From Candidatus Omnitrophota bacterium (GTDB taxonomy: Bacteria > Omnitrophota > Gorgyraeia > 2-01-FULL-45-10), in assembly GCA_026387175.1 (NCBI GenBank), contig JAPLME010000002.1, positions 12,780 to 76,779 on the forward strand: a stretch of 64,000 nucleotides of DNA, given 5' to 3'. Position 1 is the first letter of the stretch. Each line of letters begins with the position of its first letter. The notes beneath the pieces are model-generated. The model did not search any database. It was not told the origin of the DNA and saw only the letters and a list, made by a program, of their open reading frames with translations. The position numbers and the translations under genes are program-made. This document shows, one piece after another, positions 36,786 to 46,926 of this stretch.

Positions 36786-38699
36786 ATGATATCGATAAAG
36801 AATATAACTAAACAGTATGCCACCCGGGTGCTCTTCTCGGACGTGAGTTTTGATGTCCTTGCCGGTGAAAAGATCGGGCTCGTGGGCCGTAACGGCCACG
36901 GGAAGACCACGTTATTCAGAATGATTGCCGGAGAAGAAGAGCCCGATGAAGGTAAGATCTTCATGCCCAACAATTACTCCATAGGGTATCTCGCCCAGCA
37001 TCTCGAATTTACCAAGCCTACTGTGCTCGAGGAAGGGTGTCGGGGATTAAATCCTGAAGAGGCAGGCGCCGAATGGAAGGTGGAGAAGATCCTGTCCGGG
37101 CTCGGTTTCCGGGAAGAGGATTTCGCCCGCAGCCCTTCGGAATTTTCCGGAGGATTCCAGATGCGTATCGTTCTGGCCAAGGTTCTGGTCTCCGAGCCCA
37201 ATATGCTCCTTCTTGATGAGCCTACGAACTTCCTCGATATAGTCTCGATAAGATGGCTTGAGAAGTTTCTGCGATCATGGAAAGGCGAAATGATCGTGAT
37301 AAGCCACGATAGGGACCTTGTCGACAGCGTGACGACGCATATCGTGGGTATACACCGCGGGATGGTAAGGAAGATGAAGGGATCGACCGGGAAATATTAC
37401 GCTCAGCTCCAGGCGGACGAAGCTCTGCACGAGAAGAGGCGCGTGGAGGATGAGAAGAAGCGCGAGCAGATGATGGAGTATGTGAATAGGTTCCGCTCGA
37501 AGGCAAGCCATGCCAAGGGCGTCCAATCGAGCATCAAGAAGATCGAGAAGATGGACAAGCTTGACAAGCTCGAAGAGATCCGCACACTGTCGTTCTCGTT
37601 CAATTATGAGCCGTTTCGCGCCGCTCAGATCATGGACGTGAATGATCTTACGTTCTCATACGGCGGCAGGGAGCCGTATCTGATAAATGGCCTTAACTTT
37701 ACCGTGAACAGGCATGATAAGATCGGTATCGTAGGCAAGAACGGAAAAGGCAAGACCACGCTTTTAAAGTTATTATCCGGCAGGCTTAAACCTGTAAACG
37801 GCAGCATTAAGACGCACACAGCGGCTCTTCCGGCCTATTATGAGCAGGCGAATACGGCCGATCTTGATGATGAGCTTACAGTGGAAGAGGAGATATCCAG
37901 GTCCAGTGCTTCTATCGATAGATCGCGTGTGCGCGGGATATGCGGCGCGATGATGTTCTCGGGAGACGACGCCGAGAAGAAGGTCAAAGTCCTTTCCGGC
38001 GGCGAGCGCAGCCGCGTTCTTCTGGGAAAACTTCTCGTGGCGCCTTCCAATATCCTTTTCCTGGATGAGCCTACGCACCACCTTGACATCGAATCCTGCC
38101 AGGCGATGATGGACGCTGTCAGAGATTTCGAAGGCGCGGCTCTCGTGGTAGCGCACGACGAGCATTTTCTGAATGCGGTGGCGACGAAGCTCATTGTATT
38201 TAAGAATGACAAAGTCTTTCTATATCCCGGTACTTATGGAGAATTCCTGGATAGTATCGGATGGGAAGATGACGATGAGAATAAACCGGCCGCGAAACCC
38301 CATAGCCCTGCGGCTGCGGGTTCTTCAGTCCCGGGGCCTGTGGCCGTCTCATCCGGCGCGCCAGCCGCTATTCCGCAGCCGGCTAAGCCAATTCAGCATA
38401 AAAAAATGTCGAGAAAGGCCCGCGCGGAGTTTAACGCGATGAAATCGGGCATCTTAAAGCCTCTTAAAGAGAAGATTGAGAGCCTTGAGTATGATATAAT
38501 ATTATCCGAGGCCAGGGTGGCTGATATGAATGAGGAGCTTGCGAAGTCTTCGACAAGAGGCGGCCCCGGGGCTATCCGAAGGAGCGAGATCTCCAGAGAA
38601 TTAAAAGAACTGGCGGAAAAGATAGACTCCTGTTATTCCCAGCTTGACGCAGCGATGAAGACATACGATGCCGAGAAGATGAAATATAACGACGAATAG
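36786..38699 (+). CDS. ABC-F family ATPase (tandem ABC domains, no TMD; Uup/EttA-like)
   Basis: Two Walker A motifs (GRNGHGKTT, GKNGKGKTT). Two LSGG signatures. Confidence 0.85.
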   Translation: MISIKNITKQYATRVLFSDVSFDVLAGEKIGLVGRNGHGKTTLFRMIAGEEEPDEGKIFMPNNYSIGYLAQHLEFTKPTVLEEGCRGLNPEEAGAEWKVEKILSGLGFREEDFARSPSEFSGGFQMRIVLAKVLVSEPNMLLLDEPTNFLDIVSIRWLEKFLRSWKGEMIVISHDRDLVDSVTTHIVGIHRGMVRKMKGSTGKYYAQLQADEALHEKRRVEDEKKREQMMEYVNRFRSKASHAKGVQSSIKKIEKMDKLDKLEEIRTLSFSFNYEPFRAAQIMDVNDLTFSYGGREPYLINGLNFTVNRHDKIGIVGKNGKGKTTLLKLLSGRLKPVNGSIKTHTAALPAYYEQANTADLDDELTVEEEISRSSASIDRSRVRGICGAMMFSGDDAEKKVKVLSGGERSRVLLGKLLVAPSNILFLDEPTHHLDIESCQAMMDAVRDFEGAALVVAHDEHFLNAVATKLIVFKNDKVFLYPGTYGEFLDSIGWEDDDENKPAAKPHSPAAAGSSVPGPVAVSSGAPAAIPQPAKPIQHKKMSRKARAEFNAMKSGILKPLKEKIESLEYDIILSEARVADMNEELAKSSTRGGPGAIRRSEISRELKELAEKIDSCYSQLDAAMKTYDAEKMKYNDE

Positions 38700-38708
38700 G
38701 AGGGATAT

Positions 38709-40613
38709 ATGTTATCATTCCTAAATGTTCCGGCAAAGATAATAGGCATACTGGAGGCAAATATTACGCCGCGGGAGATCGCCTTTGGCGTATGCCTCGG
38801 GATGTTCTTGGGCTTCACACCGCTTAACGGGACGACAGCGCTTTTACTGGCGCTGTTTTTTTTCATATTCAAAGTCAACCGCATGGCGACATTATTGACT
38901 CTGCCTGCCTTCAAAGGATTATATCTTCTCGGGGTAAGCAAACTGGCCGACGCCTTCGGCGTATACCTTCTGGAAAAAGCGAATTATCTGACCGGGTTCT
39001 GGCGGGCGGTGACAAATTGTCCGGTGATTGCATACCTCGACATAAACAGGACGACAGTCGCCGGAGGCCTCTTCCTGTCGGCGGCGCTATCTGTACCCGT
39101 ATATTTCATCGTTAAGAGTATCAGCGCACCGCTTCTCGCAAAATATTCGAAGAAGATCAAAGATTCCGCTTTCTCGAAATGGGTCCAAAGGTTTAAGCTG
39201 GTATCACAGGCAGGCAATATCATAGGGCCGGATGTTTCCGCTACTCTCGGAAATGTTAAGGCCACATTGAAGCAGACCGTCATCAGTAAAGTAAAATCGG
39301 CCGTAATAAAACCCAAGCCGCCGAGAGAGAAGACGGGCATAATGAAGAGGCTGAACGTGAGTGGTATAGCCGTCATAATTGCCGTGCTCATCGTTGTCCA
39401 GGTCGGCGTGGGCCTTATCATAAGCCCGATAGTGAGCGCGTTCATAATAGACAGCCTTAACCGCAGCGGCAGCGCTAAGATAACGGTAGAGAGGATCAAT
39501 GTCTGGCCGCTTACGTTATCATTTTCGATGAAAGAGCTGAAGGTCTTCGATCCTCAGGCTCCTGATAAACGCGTTATAAGAGTAGGCTCTGCCTCCGTCC
39601 ATGTCAGCCCTCTGGCGCTGCTTTCGAAACGTCTCGTCTTCTCCACCATAAACATGAAAGGCGCCGAGTTGGATCTGGAGGGCGCGCCTGACGGCACTTT
39701 TAATATACAGCATCTTTCCTCATCCAAAGCCGAGGCCCAGAAGGCTAAAGGCGCGCCGGATCTCATGGCTTTATGGCGCGGAGCGCAAGAGAAGCGTGAC
39801 TTGTTCGGCATGGTGTATGGGAAGATAAAGAGTAATTTCTCGAAGCAGGGGAAGGAAGAAGCAAAGGCCAGCCGGAAGGTGGCGAGGGTTACGCAGGATC
39901 TTCCCAAGGGCAAGCTTGTAAGTTTTAAGACGCCCTCCGAGATGTATATGTTTGAGATAAAGGACCTGAACATCGACGGCAGGGTAAATATTGTTCCTCA
40001 TAATGCCGCTCCCGTAGAGCTGAAGAGCGCGAGGATCGCCCTGAAGCGCGTTGCTTTTGATCCGCAGAGCGGAGCCAGGCTTGACGGCATGAACATAAGA
40101 GGAGAATTATTTAAAAATAACGTTGCGGCCGGGAGGCTGGAGTTTTTATTTTCGAAGGGCTACACCGGCGCGGGACAGACAGCCGTTGTCAAAGCCGAAC
40201 TCGATAAGGTTGACCTTGATGCCGTGCGCTTCATCTATGAGGATTCGCTTCCTGTCCGTATAACCAAAGGGCGGCTGACGCTCAGCTCGAAGACTAAGAT
40301 AACCGGCGATGCGATAGATTCGAGAAACTCCCTCGTCCTGACAGGCCAGGCGTTGGAACCGAAGCAGGGAGGCGCTGCGGTAGTAGGGTTTATACCGATA
40401 GCAACTGTCTGCGAGGCGCTTAACCGTGTCGATCCGGCGTGCCTCAAATTCGATATAACAGGCACTATTGAAAAGCCCGAATTCGGAGGATTCCAGGAGA
40501 CGCTCATGAGCCTCATCAAACCGTATATCACCAACATCGGCGAGCAGGTGAAGACGCAGAGCATCCAGCAGGCCGTTAATTCTTTAAAATCATTATTAGG
40601 AGATAAGAAATAA
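38709..40613 (+). CDS. large membrane protein (DUF2062/AsmA-like candidate)
   Basis: N-terminal TM helices. Family uncertain. Confidence 0.5.
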   Translation: MLSFLNVPAKIIGILEANITPREIAFGVCLGMFLGFTPLNGTTALLLALFFFIFKVNRMATLLTLPAFKGLYLLGVSKLADAFGVYLLEKANYLTGFWRAVTNCPVIAYLDINRTTVAGGLFLSAALSVPVYFIVKSISAPLLAKYSKKIKDSAFSKWVQRFKLVSQAGNIIGPDVSATLGNVKATLKQTVISKVKSAVIKPKPPREKTGIMKRLNVSGIAVIIAVLIVVQVGVGLIISPIVSAFIIDSLNRSGSAKITVERINVWPLTLSFSMKELKVFDPQAPDKRVIRVGSASVHVSPLALLSKRLVFSTINMKGAELDLEGAPDGTFNIQHLSSSKAEAQKAKGAPDLMALWRGAQEKRDLFGMVYGKIKSNFSKQGKEEAKASRKVARVTQDLPKGKLVSFKTPSEMYMFEIKDLNIDGRVNIVPHNAAPVELKSARIALKRVAFDPQSGARLDGMNIRGELFKNNVAAGRLEFLFSKGYTGAGQTAVVKAELDKVDLDAVRFIYEDSLPVRITKGRLTLSSKTKITGDAIDSRNSLVLTGQALEPKQGGAAVVGFIPIATVCEALNRVDPACLKFDITGTIEKPEFGGFQETLMSLIKPYITNIGEQVKTQSIQQAVNSLKSLLGDKK

Positions 40614-40628
40614 AAAAAGGAGAGCAGA

Positions 40629-41660
40629 GTGAACCCGTTATTAAAAAGAATAATCGAAGCGGCAGGTATATCCGGTTATGAGAAAGAGATCGCGCATATC
40701 ATGCACGGCGAGCTTAAGAAATCGTGCGATGAAGCGCGGATAGATAACTTCGGCAACGTCATTGCTAAGAAGGGAAAGGGTAAACGGAAGATTATGCTTG
40801 CCGCGCACATGGACGAGATCGGGTTCATGGTAAAGCATATAACAAAGGAAGGCTACGTACATTTTATAAAGATCGGAGGCATAGACGACAGGGTGCTGCC
40901 GGCCCAGAGGGTGGTAATAAAAGCCAAGAAAGGCGACTGCGTCGGCATAATAGGGACCAAACCTCCTCATCTACAGAAAGAAGAGGATAAGAAGCAGCCA
41001 CTGAAATACGAAGATATGTTTATAGATATCGGGTGCTCCAGCAGAGAAGAGGCGAATAAAAGGATAGAGGTCGGAGATACCGCGGTATTCGAACCCAATT
41101 CCGGTGTGCTGAACGGCAAGCTCTATTATGGTAAGGCCATAGACGACAGGATAGGATGTTATGCGCTCATTAAGGTCATGGAAAAGCTGCAGGTGAATGC
41201 CGAAATTTATGCGGTAGCGACCGGCCAGGAAGAGGTCGGGCTGAAGGGCGCGCGCACTGCGGCATTCAATGTGAGCCCGGACTATGCCATCGCCATAGAT
41301 ACCAATATAGCCGGCGATACGCCCCAGATAACCGAGCGCGAATCTTCTCTTAAGCTGGGCGACGGCGTCGCGATCACCATCATAGAGGCATCGGGAAGAG
41401 GCGTGATAGTCAATGAAAAGATGAAAGACCTTTTAACGGATACTGCCAAGAAAAATAAGATCAAATATCAGATCGATGTCATCGAAGGCGGGATGACTGA
41501 CGGCGCGATCATATATATGAACAAGGAAGGCGTGCCGACAGGCGTATTGAGCATTCCTACGCGCTACATCCATTCGGCGACAGGGGTCTTTAATATAGAT
41601 GATGTGGATGCCGCCGTGAAATTGACCGTTAAGGCAGTTGAGCGTCTTGGTAAACAATAG
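40629..41660 (+). CDS. M42 family metallopeptidase (FrvX/glutamyl aminopeptidase-like)
   Basis: N-terminal and HMDEIGF motifs. Confidence 0.8.
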   Translation: MNPLLKRIIEAAGISGYEKEIAHIMHGELKKSCDEARIDNFGNVIAKKGKGKRKIMLAAHMDEIGFMVKHITKEGYVHFIKIGGIDDRVLPAQRVVIKAKKGDCVGIIGTKPPHLQKEEDKKQPLKYEDMFIDIGCSSREEANKRIEVGDTAVFEPNSGVLNGKLYYGKAIDDRIGCYALIKVMEKLQVNAEIYAVATGQEEVGLKGARTAAFNVSPDYAIAIDTNIAGDTPQITERESSLKLGDGVAITIIEASGRGVIVNEKMKDLLTDTAKKNKIKYQIDVIEGGMTDGAIIYMNKEGVPTGVLSIPTRYIHSATGVFNIDDVDAAVKLTVKAVERLGKQ

Positions 41661-41673
41661 TCAGGAGGAGAGT

Positions 41674-42483
41674 ATGGTCTCAAGAACGCGTATTACAGTG
41701 TTATTATTGTTGTCGTCTGTAGTCATCACAGGCGCCTCCGGGTGGGCGCAAGGTGCCGCCGGACAGGAACAGGTCCAGGCCGCGGTGAAGAATCCGCCGC
41801 CGGCGGCTGTTCCGATGATCGACCAGCGGGCTCTCGATGTATTGAAGAACATGAGCGATACCATTATTCAGGCAAAGACCATGGGCTTTCAATCGCGCAG
41901 CATGATCCCGATAAAAGGGCCTAATGGGATATGGATAAATCTTTTCGGCGTATCACGGGTCATGGTGCAGGGCCAGAACAAATTATTCGCTGAAACGCGC
42001 GGAGATTTTTTTCCGTACGATTTTTACTTTGACGGCACTACCGTGACGGCGTATGCCCCGACTAAAAATGTGTACGCGCAAAAAGAAGCGCCCGGGACGG
42101 TGGAGGAGTTGACGGACCGCGCCTACCGCGAAGAAGGCAGAACATTCCCGTATGCCGATATACTCACCTCGAATCCTTATGAGAAACTGACAAGCGGCCT
42201 GACGAAAGCCATATTTGTCGGACGGTCGACCATAGCGGGCGTAAAGACGGACCATCTTGCTTTTTCTAACGAAGGGGTAGAGTGGCAGATCTGGGTGGCC
42301 GAAGATGACCATCTGCCGCGTCTGGTCAGCGCGAGATATCTTGAGGATGTCAGTGAACCGGACTATACGATAGAGTTCTTTAACTGGAAACTGAATGAGC
42401 CTGTACCGGACGCTAATTTTGTATTCCAGAACACGTCAAATGCGGCCAAAGTCGATTTTCGTAAGCCGGATAAAACTATATAG
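41674..42483 (+). CDS. periplasmic LolA-like/DUF2092 protein
   Basis: SD AGGAGGAG before ATG 41674. Signal peptide. Confidence 0.55.
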   Translation: MVSRTRITVLLLLSSVVITGASGWAQGAAGQEQVQAAVKNPPPAAVPMIDQRALDVLKNMSDTIIQAKTMGFQSRSMIPIKGPNGIWINLFGVSRVMVQGQNKLFAETRGDFFPYDFYFDGTTVTAYAPTKNVYAQKEAPGTVEELTDRAYREEGRTFPYADILTSNPYEKLTSGLTKAIFVGRSTIAGVKTDHLAFSNEGVEWQIWVAEDDHLPRLVSARYLEDVSEPDYTIEFFNWKLNEPVPDANFVFQNTSNAAKVDFRKPDKTI

Positions 42484-42493
42484 GAGAACAGCT

Positions 42494-43111
42494 ATGAAAC
42501 AGTACAAAGTATGTATCTATATGATTGCGGTTGCGGCGATCGCGCTGTTGGTCATAAGCGATGTGGTAGCAGCGCGCGGAGGCGGCGGGTGGAGCGGCGG
42601 AGGCAGGGGCGGCGGAGGTTATAGCCGCGGAGGCGGGAGCGCTCCGGGTGGAGGCGGCAGAGGCCAGCAAAGGGATTTTCAACATTCCGACAGGGTACAC
42701 CCTGACCACAATCCCGACCATCGTCCCGATCACAGGCCCGATTGGCCGGATCATAATGGTACGATCACTAAAAATGTCAATGTTAACGCGCCGAACGGCG
42801 GATGGTATGGTTACGGAGCGGCGGATGACGCGCTTGCCGGTATGATGATGGTCACGGCGATGGGCGCGGTTGCGGCAAAGTCGTCCGAGTCCAACACTGT
42901 TATTATCGAACAGCCTGCTCAGCCCGCGGTTCAAGCCGCGCCGGTCATTCCGTCCATCGGAGCGCAGGTGCCAATGCTTCCGCAGGGTTGTCAGGCCAAG
43001 AATATCGGAGGAACTTTATATTACCAATCCGGTTCGGCATGGTATAGGCCTTATTTTGGCGCCAGCGGTGTATATTATCAGGTAGTGGAGCCGCCTGCTG
43101 CAACAAGTTAA
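42494..43111 (+). CDS. secreted Gly-rich protein with His/Asp-rich PDH(N/R)PDH repeats
   Basis: Signal peptide. GGGGWSGGGRGGGG. HPDHNPDHRPDHRPDWPDHN. Confidence 0.5.
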   Translation: MKQYKVCIYMIAVAAIALLVISDVVAARGGGGWSGGGRGGGGYSRGGGSAPGGGGRGQQRDFQHSDRVHPDHNPDHRPDHRPDWPDHNGTITKNVNVNAPNGGWYGYGAADDALAGMMMVTAMGAVAAKSSESNTVIIEQPAQPAVQAAPVIPSIGAQVPMLPQGCQAKNIGGTLYYQSGSAWYRPYFGASGVYYQVVEPPAATS

Positions 43112-43203
43112 TGTCCTTGGAAAAAAGACCGAAAAAAGCAGAATAAGATCATTCCTATTTTTCGTTTATGGTATAATATGGATATATCGAAAGGGGGTGT
43201 ATC

Positions 43204-43461
43204 ATGAAGGAAAGGATATTGGGAGTGGCCATCCTTGCCCTGGTTCTGTCAGCGGCTTCCGTGAATGCGGAGGAGACCGTATTTAATCAGGCAAAAAAGT
43301 GCGTAGAGGGCTGGAAGGCCCCATGCGTCTTTACGTCGACATGTGCGAAGGCCGAGCCGGCGAAAGGCACGGCAGAGAAGCCTATGCACAAGATGTGGAC
43401 GATGGATGTATTAGGGAATAAAATTCCTACCGGAACTATGAAAGAGTGCTGCACAAAATAA
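43204..43461 (+). CDS. small secreted cysteine-containing protein (85 aa)
   Basis: Signal peptide. SD AAAGGGGGTG. Confidence 0.5.
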   Translation: MKERILGVAILALVLSAASVNAEETVFNQAKKCVEGWKAPCVFTSTCAKAEPAKGTAEKPMHKMWTMDVLGNKIPTGTMKECCTK

Positions 43462-43535
43462 AGCGGTATTATTACGAAAAGGGCGTGTCAGAGATGGCAT
43501 GCCCTTTTTATGCTGAAAAAAATATTAAAAAGAAA

Positions 43536-44888
43536 ATGATCGGACTAATGGAATACCGTATGAAAAGAAACCCGCTCCCGCTCTATTTATCCCTGCTGTA
43601 TTTAATTCTATCCGCCGCGCTTTGTTTTGCCCAAAACATAAGCCCGATGAAAGGGTTCTCCGAAAGCGATAGGATATTGATTCTCGCCCCGCACCCGGAT
43701 GACGAGGTGATGGCCACCGGCGGCGTTATTCAGGAAGCGCTGAAAGCAAAGGCCAAGGTGAGAGTGCTATTCCTGACTAACGGCGATCATAACGAACCCG
43801 CTTTCATAGTGTACGAGAAACGGCTGACTGTAAGGAAGGGCGAATTTATACATATGGGGCAGGTGAGAAGAAAAGAATCGCTCGAGGCGCTGAAGATGTT
43901 AGGGCTGGAAGAAAAAGATTGCGTGTTTTTAGGCTATCCGGATTTTGGCACAATGGAGATACTGCTTAAATATTGGGGCGATACCAGGCCGTTCAGATAT
44001 ATACTGACGCGAATATCCAGGGTGCCTTATTCCAATTGCCTGTCGCCCGAAGCGCCTTATGTCGGCGAAAGCGTTTTAAATGATATAGAGAATATTATAA
44101 GAGATTTCAAACCGACCAGGATATTCGTCTCTCACCCTGTCGATGTTAACAGAGACCACCGTTCGCTATACCTGTTTTTGCGGATAGCTCTATGGGACCT
44201 GGAAAGCGAGATGGCCAGGCCGGATATATTGCCGTACCTTGTCCATGTAAAAGGATGGCCGGAGCCGAGAGGGTATCATCCGGAATTGGAGCTGGCGGTG
44301 CCCGATACGCTGAAAAGCGGTGAAATATCCTGGCTAAGTTTGGGATTGACGGATGCGGAAGTGAAGACGAAGCACGACGCTATGGAGTCTTATAAGAGTC
44401 AAAATGAATATAATCCGGCTTATCTGGTCACTTATGCAAGAAAGAACGAACTTACCGGTGATTATCCGGACGTTACACTGTCCAAAAAGAGCGTATGGTG
44501 CAGCGCCGGGGCAATTCTGGCATACGAACGCAAAGATAATAAGCTGCTTATAAAGCTGGCGTTAAAAAACAGGCTGGAGAAAGATTTGGGCATATCTATT
44601 TTTCTGCTGGGATATAGAAAAGATTCGGAATTTTCCGAAATGCCGAAGCTGATTATTAATATCGGGCTGAACACCCTGAGCGTAAAAGATCGAAGACGGA
44701 ATGTAAGCGCGGAAAAAGTTCAATTAACTTATGAAGGTAATAATTTAATTTTAAGGATACCTTTGTCTTTATTGAAAGACCCTGCCTATATATTGGCATG
44801 CGTGAAGGCGGGATCCATTGTTATGCCGTTTGAGGATACGGCCTGGCGCGCTATTCAAATAGTTGACAAAGACCCGGTAAAGTTGTAA
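43536..44888 (+). CDS. PIG-L/LmbE-family deacetylase with signal peptide and C-terminal extension
   Basis: LILAPHPDDEVMATGG motif. The start is ambiguous; 43536 was picked, with 43446, 43548 and 43560 as alternatives. Confidence 0.6.
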   Translation: MIGLMEYRMKRNPLPLYLSLLYLILSAALCFAQNISPMKGFSESDRILILAPHPDDEVMATGGVIQEALKAKAKVRVLFLTNGDHNEPAFIVYEKRLTVRKGEFIHMGQVRRKESLEALKMLGLEEKDCVFLGYPDFGTMEILLKYWGDTRPFRYILTRISRVPYSNCLSPEAPYVGESVLNDIENIIRDFKPTRIFVSHPVDVNRDHRSLYLFLRIALWDLESEMARPDILPYLVHVKGWPEPRGYHPELELAVPDTLKSGEISWLSLGLTDAEVKTKHDAMESYKSQNEYNPAYLVTYARKNELTGDYPDVTLSKKSVWCSAGAILAYERKDNKLLIKLALKNRLEKDLGISIFLLGYRKDSEFSEMPKLIINIGLNTLSVKDRRRNVSAEKVQLTYEGNNLILRIPLSLLKDPAYILACVKAGSIVMPFEDTAWRAIQIVDKDPVKL

Positions 44889-44928
44889 CTTATTTAATAG
44901 CGGCGCGTTATGAAGCTATAAATAGGAG

Positions 44929-45111
44929 ATGATAAATATGGCCGATAAAGATAATGAGTTTACAGGTGCGCTGTTTTTTAAGACCACCAGTTGTCCCGAA
45001 TGCGGAAGAGAGATAACGCGCGAAGAGGTGGAAGGCAACTTGTCTGATGACGCCGAGACCTTCACCTGCCCTTATTGCCATAAAGCGATCGATATCGGAC
45101 AATTGGAATAA
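44929..45111 (+). CDS. small zinc-ribbon protein (CPECG...CPYC)
   Basis: SD GGAGATG. Two CxxC pairs. Confidence 0.45.
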   Translation: MINMADKDNEFTGALFFKTTSCPECGREITREEVEGNLSDDAETFTCPYCHKAIDIGQLE

Positions 45112-45141
45112 CTAAAGAAAACAAATTTCACGGGAGGGAAA

Positions 45142-45519
45142 ATGGCTAAGAAGATTTTAGTGGTAGATGATGAACCCGGTATGGTAAGGCTGCTGAGAGA
45201 TATTTTAGAGGACGAAGGTTATGCGGTTATCGAAGCCTCTAACGGAGAAGAGTGTCTCGAAAAGGCGGCCAAAAAAATTCCCGACCTAATTTTGCTGGAC
45301 GTGATGCTGACCGGGCCCAGCGGCCTTTCGATATGCAAGCGTCTCAAAGATAATGCTGTAACGAAAGATATTCCTATCATTCTGGTAACGGCGCTATTGG
45401 GCGAAGGTATCCAGGAGAAAGGAGCGGAAAGCGGGGCGGCATATGTAATAAGCAAGCCCTATGACTCCAATGATCTCCTGTGGGAGATAGAGGACGCGAT
45501 CAAGAAAAGTAAGGTCTAG
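45142..45519 (+). CDS. stand-alone receiver-domain response regulator (paralog of 22318)
   Basis: KILVVDDEPGMV...DLILLDVML. Confidence 0.85.
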   Translation: MAKKILVVDDEPGMVRLLRDILEDEGYAVIEASNGEECLEKAAKKIPDLILLDVMLTGPSGLSICKRLKDNAVTKDIPIILVTALLGEGIQEKGAESGAAYVISKPYDSNDLLWEIEDAIKKSKV

Positions 45520-45582
45520 GCCCATATCTTCACTCCTGGCAAATTATCATTCTTGCCATCGGAAACTTTTAACGCTTAGCGG

Positions 45583-46926
45583 TTGTCTAACATAGTAAAA
45601 CACAATATGAGATACAGAAAACTATTCTTAGCGATCGCGATAAGCGTATGCGCCGTCTTCAGCGCTGCCGGGGCCGAAGAGACGATGTTGTGGAAGGATT
45701 GTGTCAAAGAAGCAAAGAATAATCATCCCGATCTGGTATCTGCCGCGGAAAAAGTAAAACAATCAAGGGCAACTAAAGAGATCACCAGGAGCGCTTATTT
45801 GCCTCAGATAACCGGCGAGGCAAGCGAGGTCACTTCCAAGGGGGCCACCTTTGGAAGTTCCGGTGGAGGAAGCCAGAGCGATATACAGACCGGCGCTGCC
45901 GCCCGCCATGAAACTACATCATACGATTACAGCGTTACGGGGCAGCAGCTTCTTTTCGATGGATTTAAAACATCATACGACCTGTCCGCCGCGGAACGAA
46001 ATATAATATCATCACGATATAATTACGATGTGGCGTCATCCAATGTGAGATTGAGGTTAAGGACCGCTTATGTCAACTTGTTGACCGCGCAGGATCTTTT
46101 GAAAATTTCAGAAGAGATAGAAGCCCGCCGGAAGCAGAACCTGGAGCTTGTCAAGCTGAGGTATGAGGGGGGCCGGGAACACAAAGGGTCGCTTCTTACT
46201 TCGGAAGCGGATCTGGCGCAGGCAACGTTTGATGTGAACCAGGCGGGAAGAAGCATATTCCTCGCGCAGCGGCAGCTTACAAAAGAATTGGGCAGGGAAA
46301 AATTTGTCCCAATGAAAGCCGAAGGCGATTTTGAAGTTGTAGATGCGGACCGGGACAGGCCGGATTTTGAAAAATTATGCCGCACCAATCCGCTTCTGCA
46401 GCAGCTCATTGCGCAAAAAGAGGCGGCAAAGTATGGGGTGAAATCCGCCAAAGCCGGGTTCTATCCTCAGGTCTTCGCTTCAGGAACTTTAGGCAATACA
46501 AATATAGATGCGTTTCCCGACAAGAATGAATGGTCGGTAGGGACGAGCCTGACATTCCCTTTCTTTGACGGCGGTAATACGATCGCGAACGTAGCGAAAG
46601 CCAGGGCGGTCCTTGGCCAGGCCGAGGCGGATGAGAGAAGCGGACGGGATGGTGTTATATATACGCTATCAAACACCTGGACGACATTGCAGGACGCTAT
46701 TGAAAAAGTCGGGGTAGCTAAAAAATCCCTGAATGCGGCGGAGGAGCGGGCGAAGATCGCGGAGGCGGAATATTCGATAGGACTGCTAATATACGACAAC
46801 TGGATAATTATAGAGAACAATCTGGTCACGGCAAAGAGGAGTTATCTGAGCGCCGAACGCGACGCATTGATCGCGGAAGCAAATTGGATCCAGGCAAAAG
46901 GAGAGACCCTAGACTATGGTAAATAA
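45583..46926 (+). CDS. TolC-like outer-membrane efflux channel
   Basis: Signal peptide. Two-repeat OEP structure. Confidence 0.75.
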   Translation: MSNIVKHNMRYRKLFLAIAISVCAVFSAAGAEETMLWKDCVKEAKNNHPDLVSAAEKVKQSRATKEITRSAYLPQITGEASEVTSKGATFGSSGGGSQSDIQTGAAARHETTSYDYSVTGQQLLFDGFKTSYDLSAAERNIISSRYNYDVASSNVRLRLRTAYVNLLTAQDLLKISEEIEARRKQNLELVKLRYEGGREHKGSLLTSEADLAQATFDVNQAGRSIFLAQRQLTKELGREKFVPMKAEGDFEVVDADRDRPDFEKLCRTNPLLQQLIAQKEAAKYGVKSAKAGFYPQVFASGTLGNTNIDAFPDKNEWSVGTSLTFPFFDGGNTIANVAKARAVLGQAEADERSGRDGVIYTLSNTWTTLQDAIEKVGVAKKSLNAAEERAKIAEAEYSIGLLIYDNWIIIENNLVTAKRSYLSAERDALIAEANWIQAKGETLDYGK

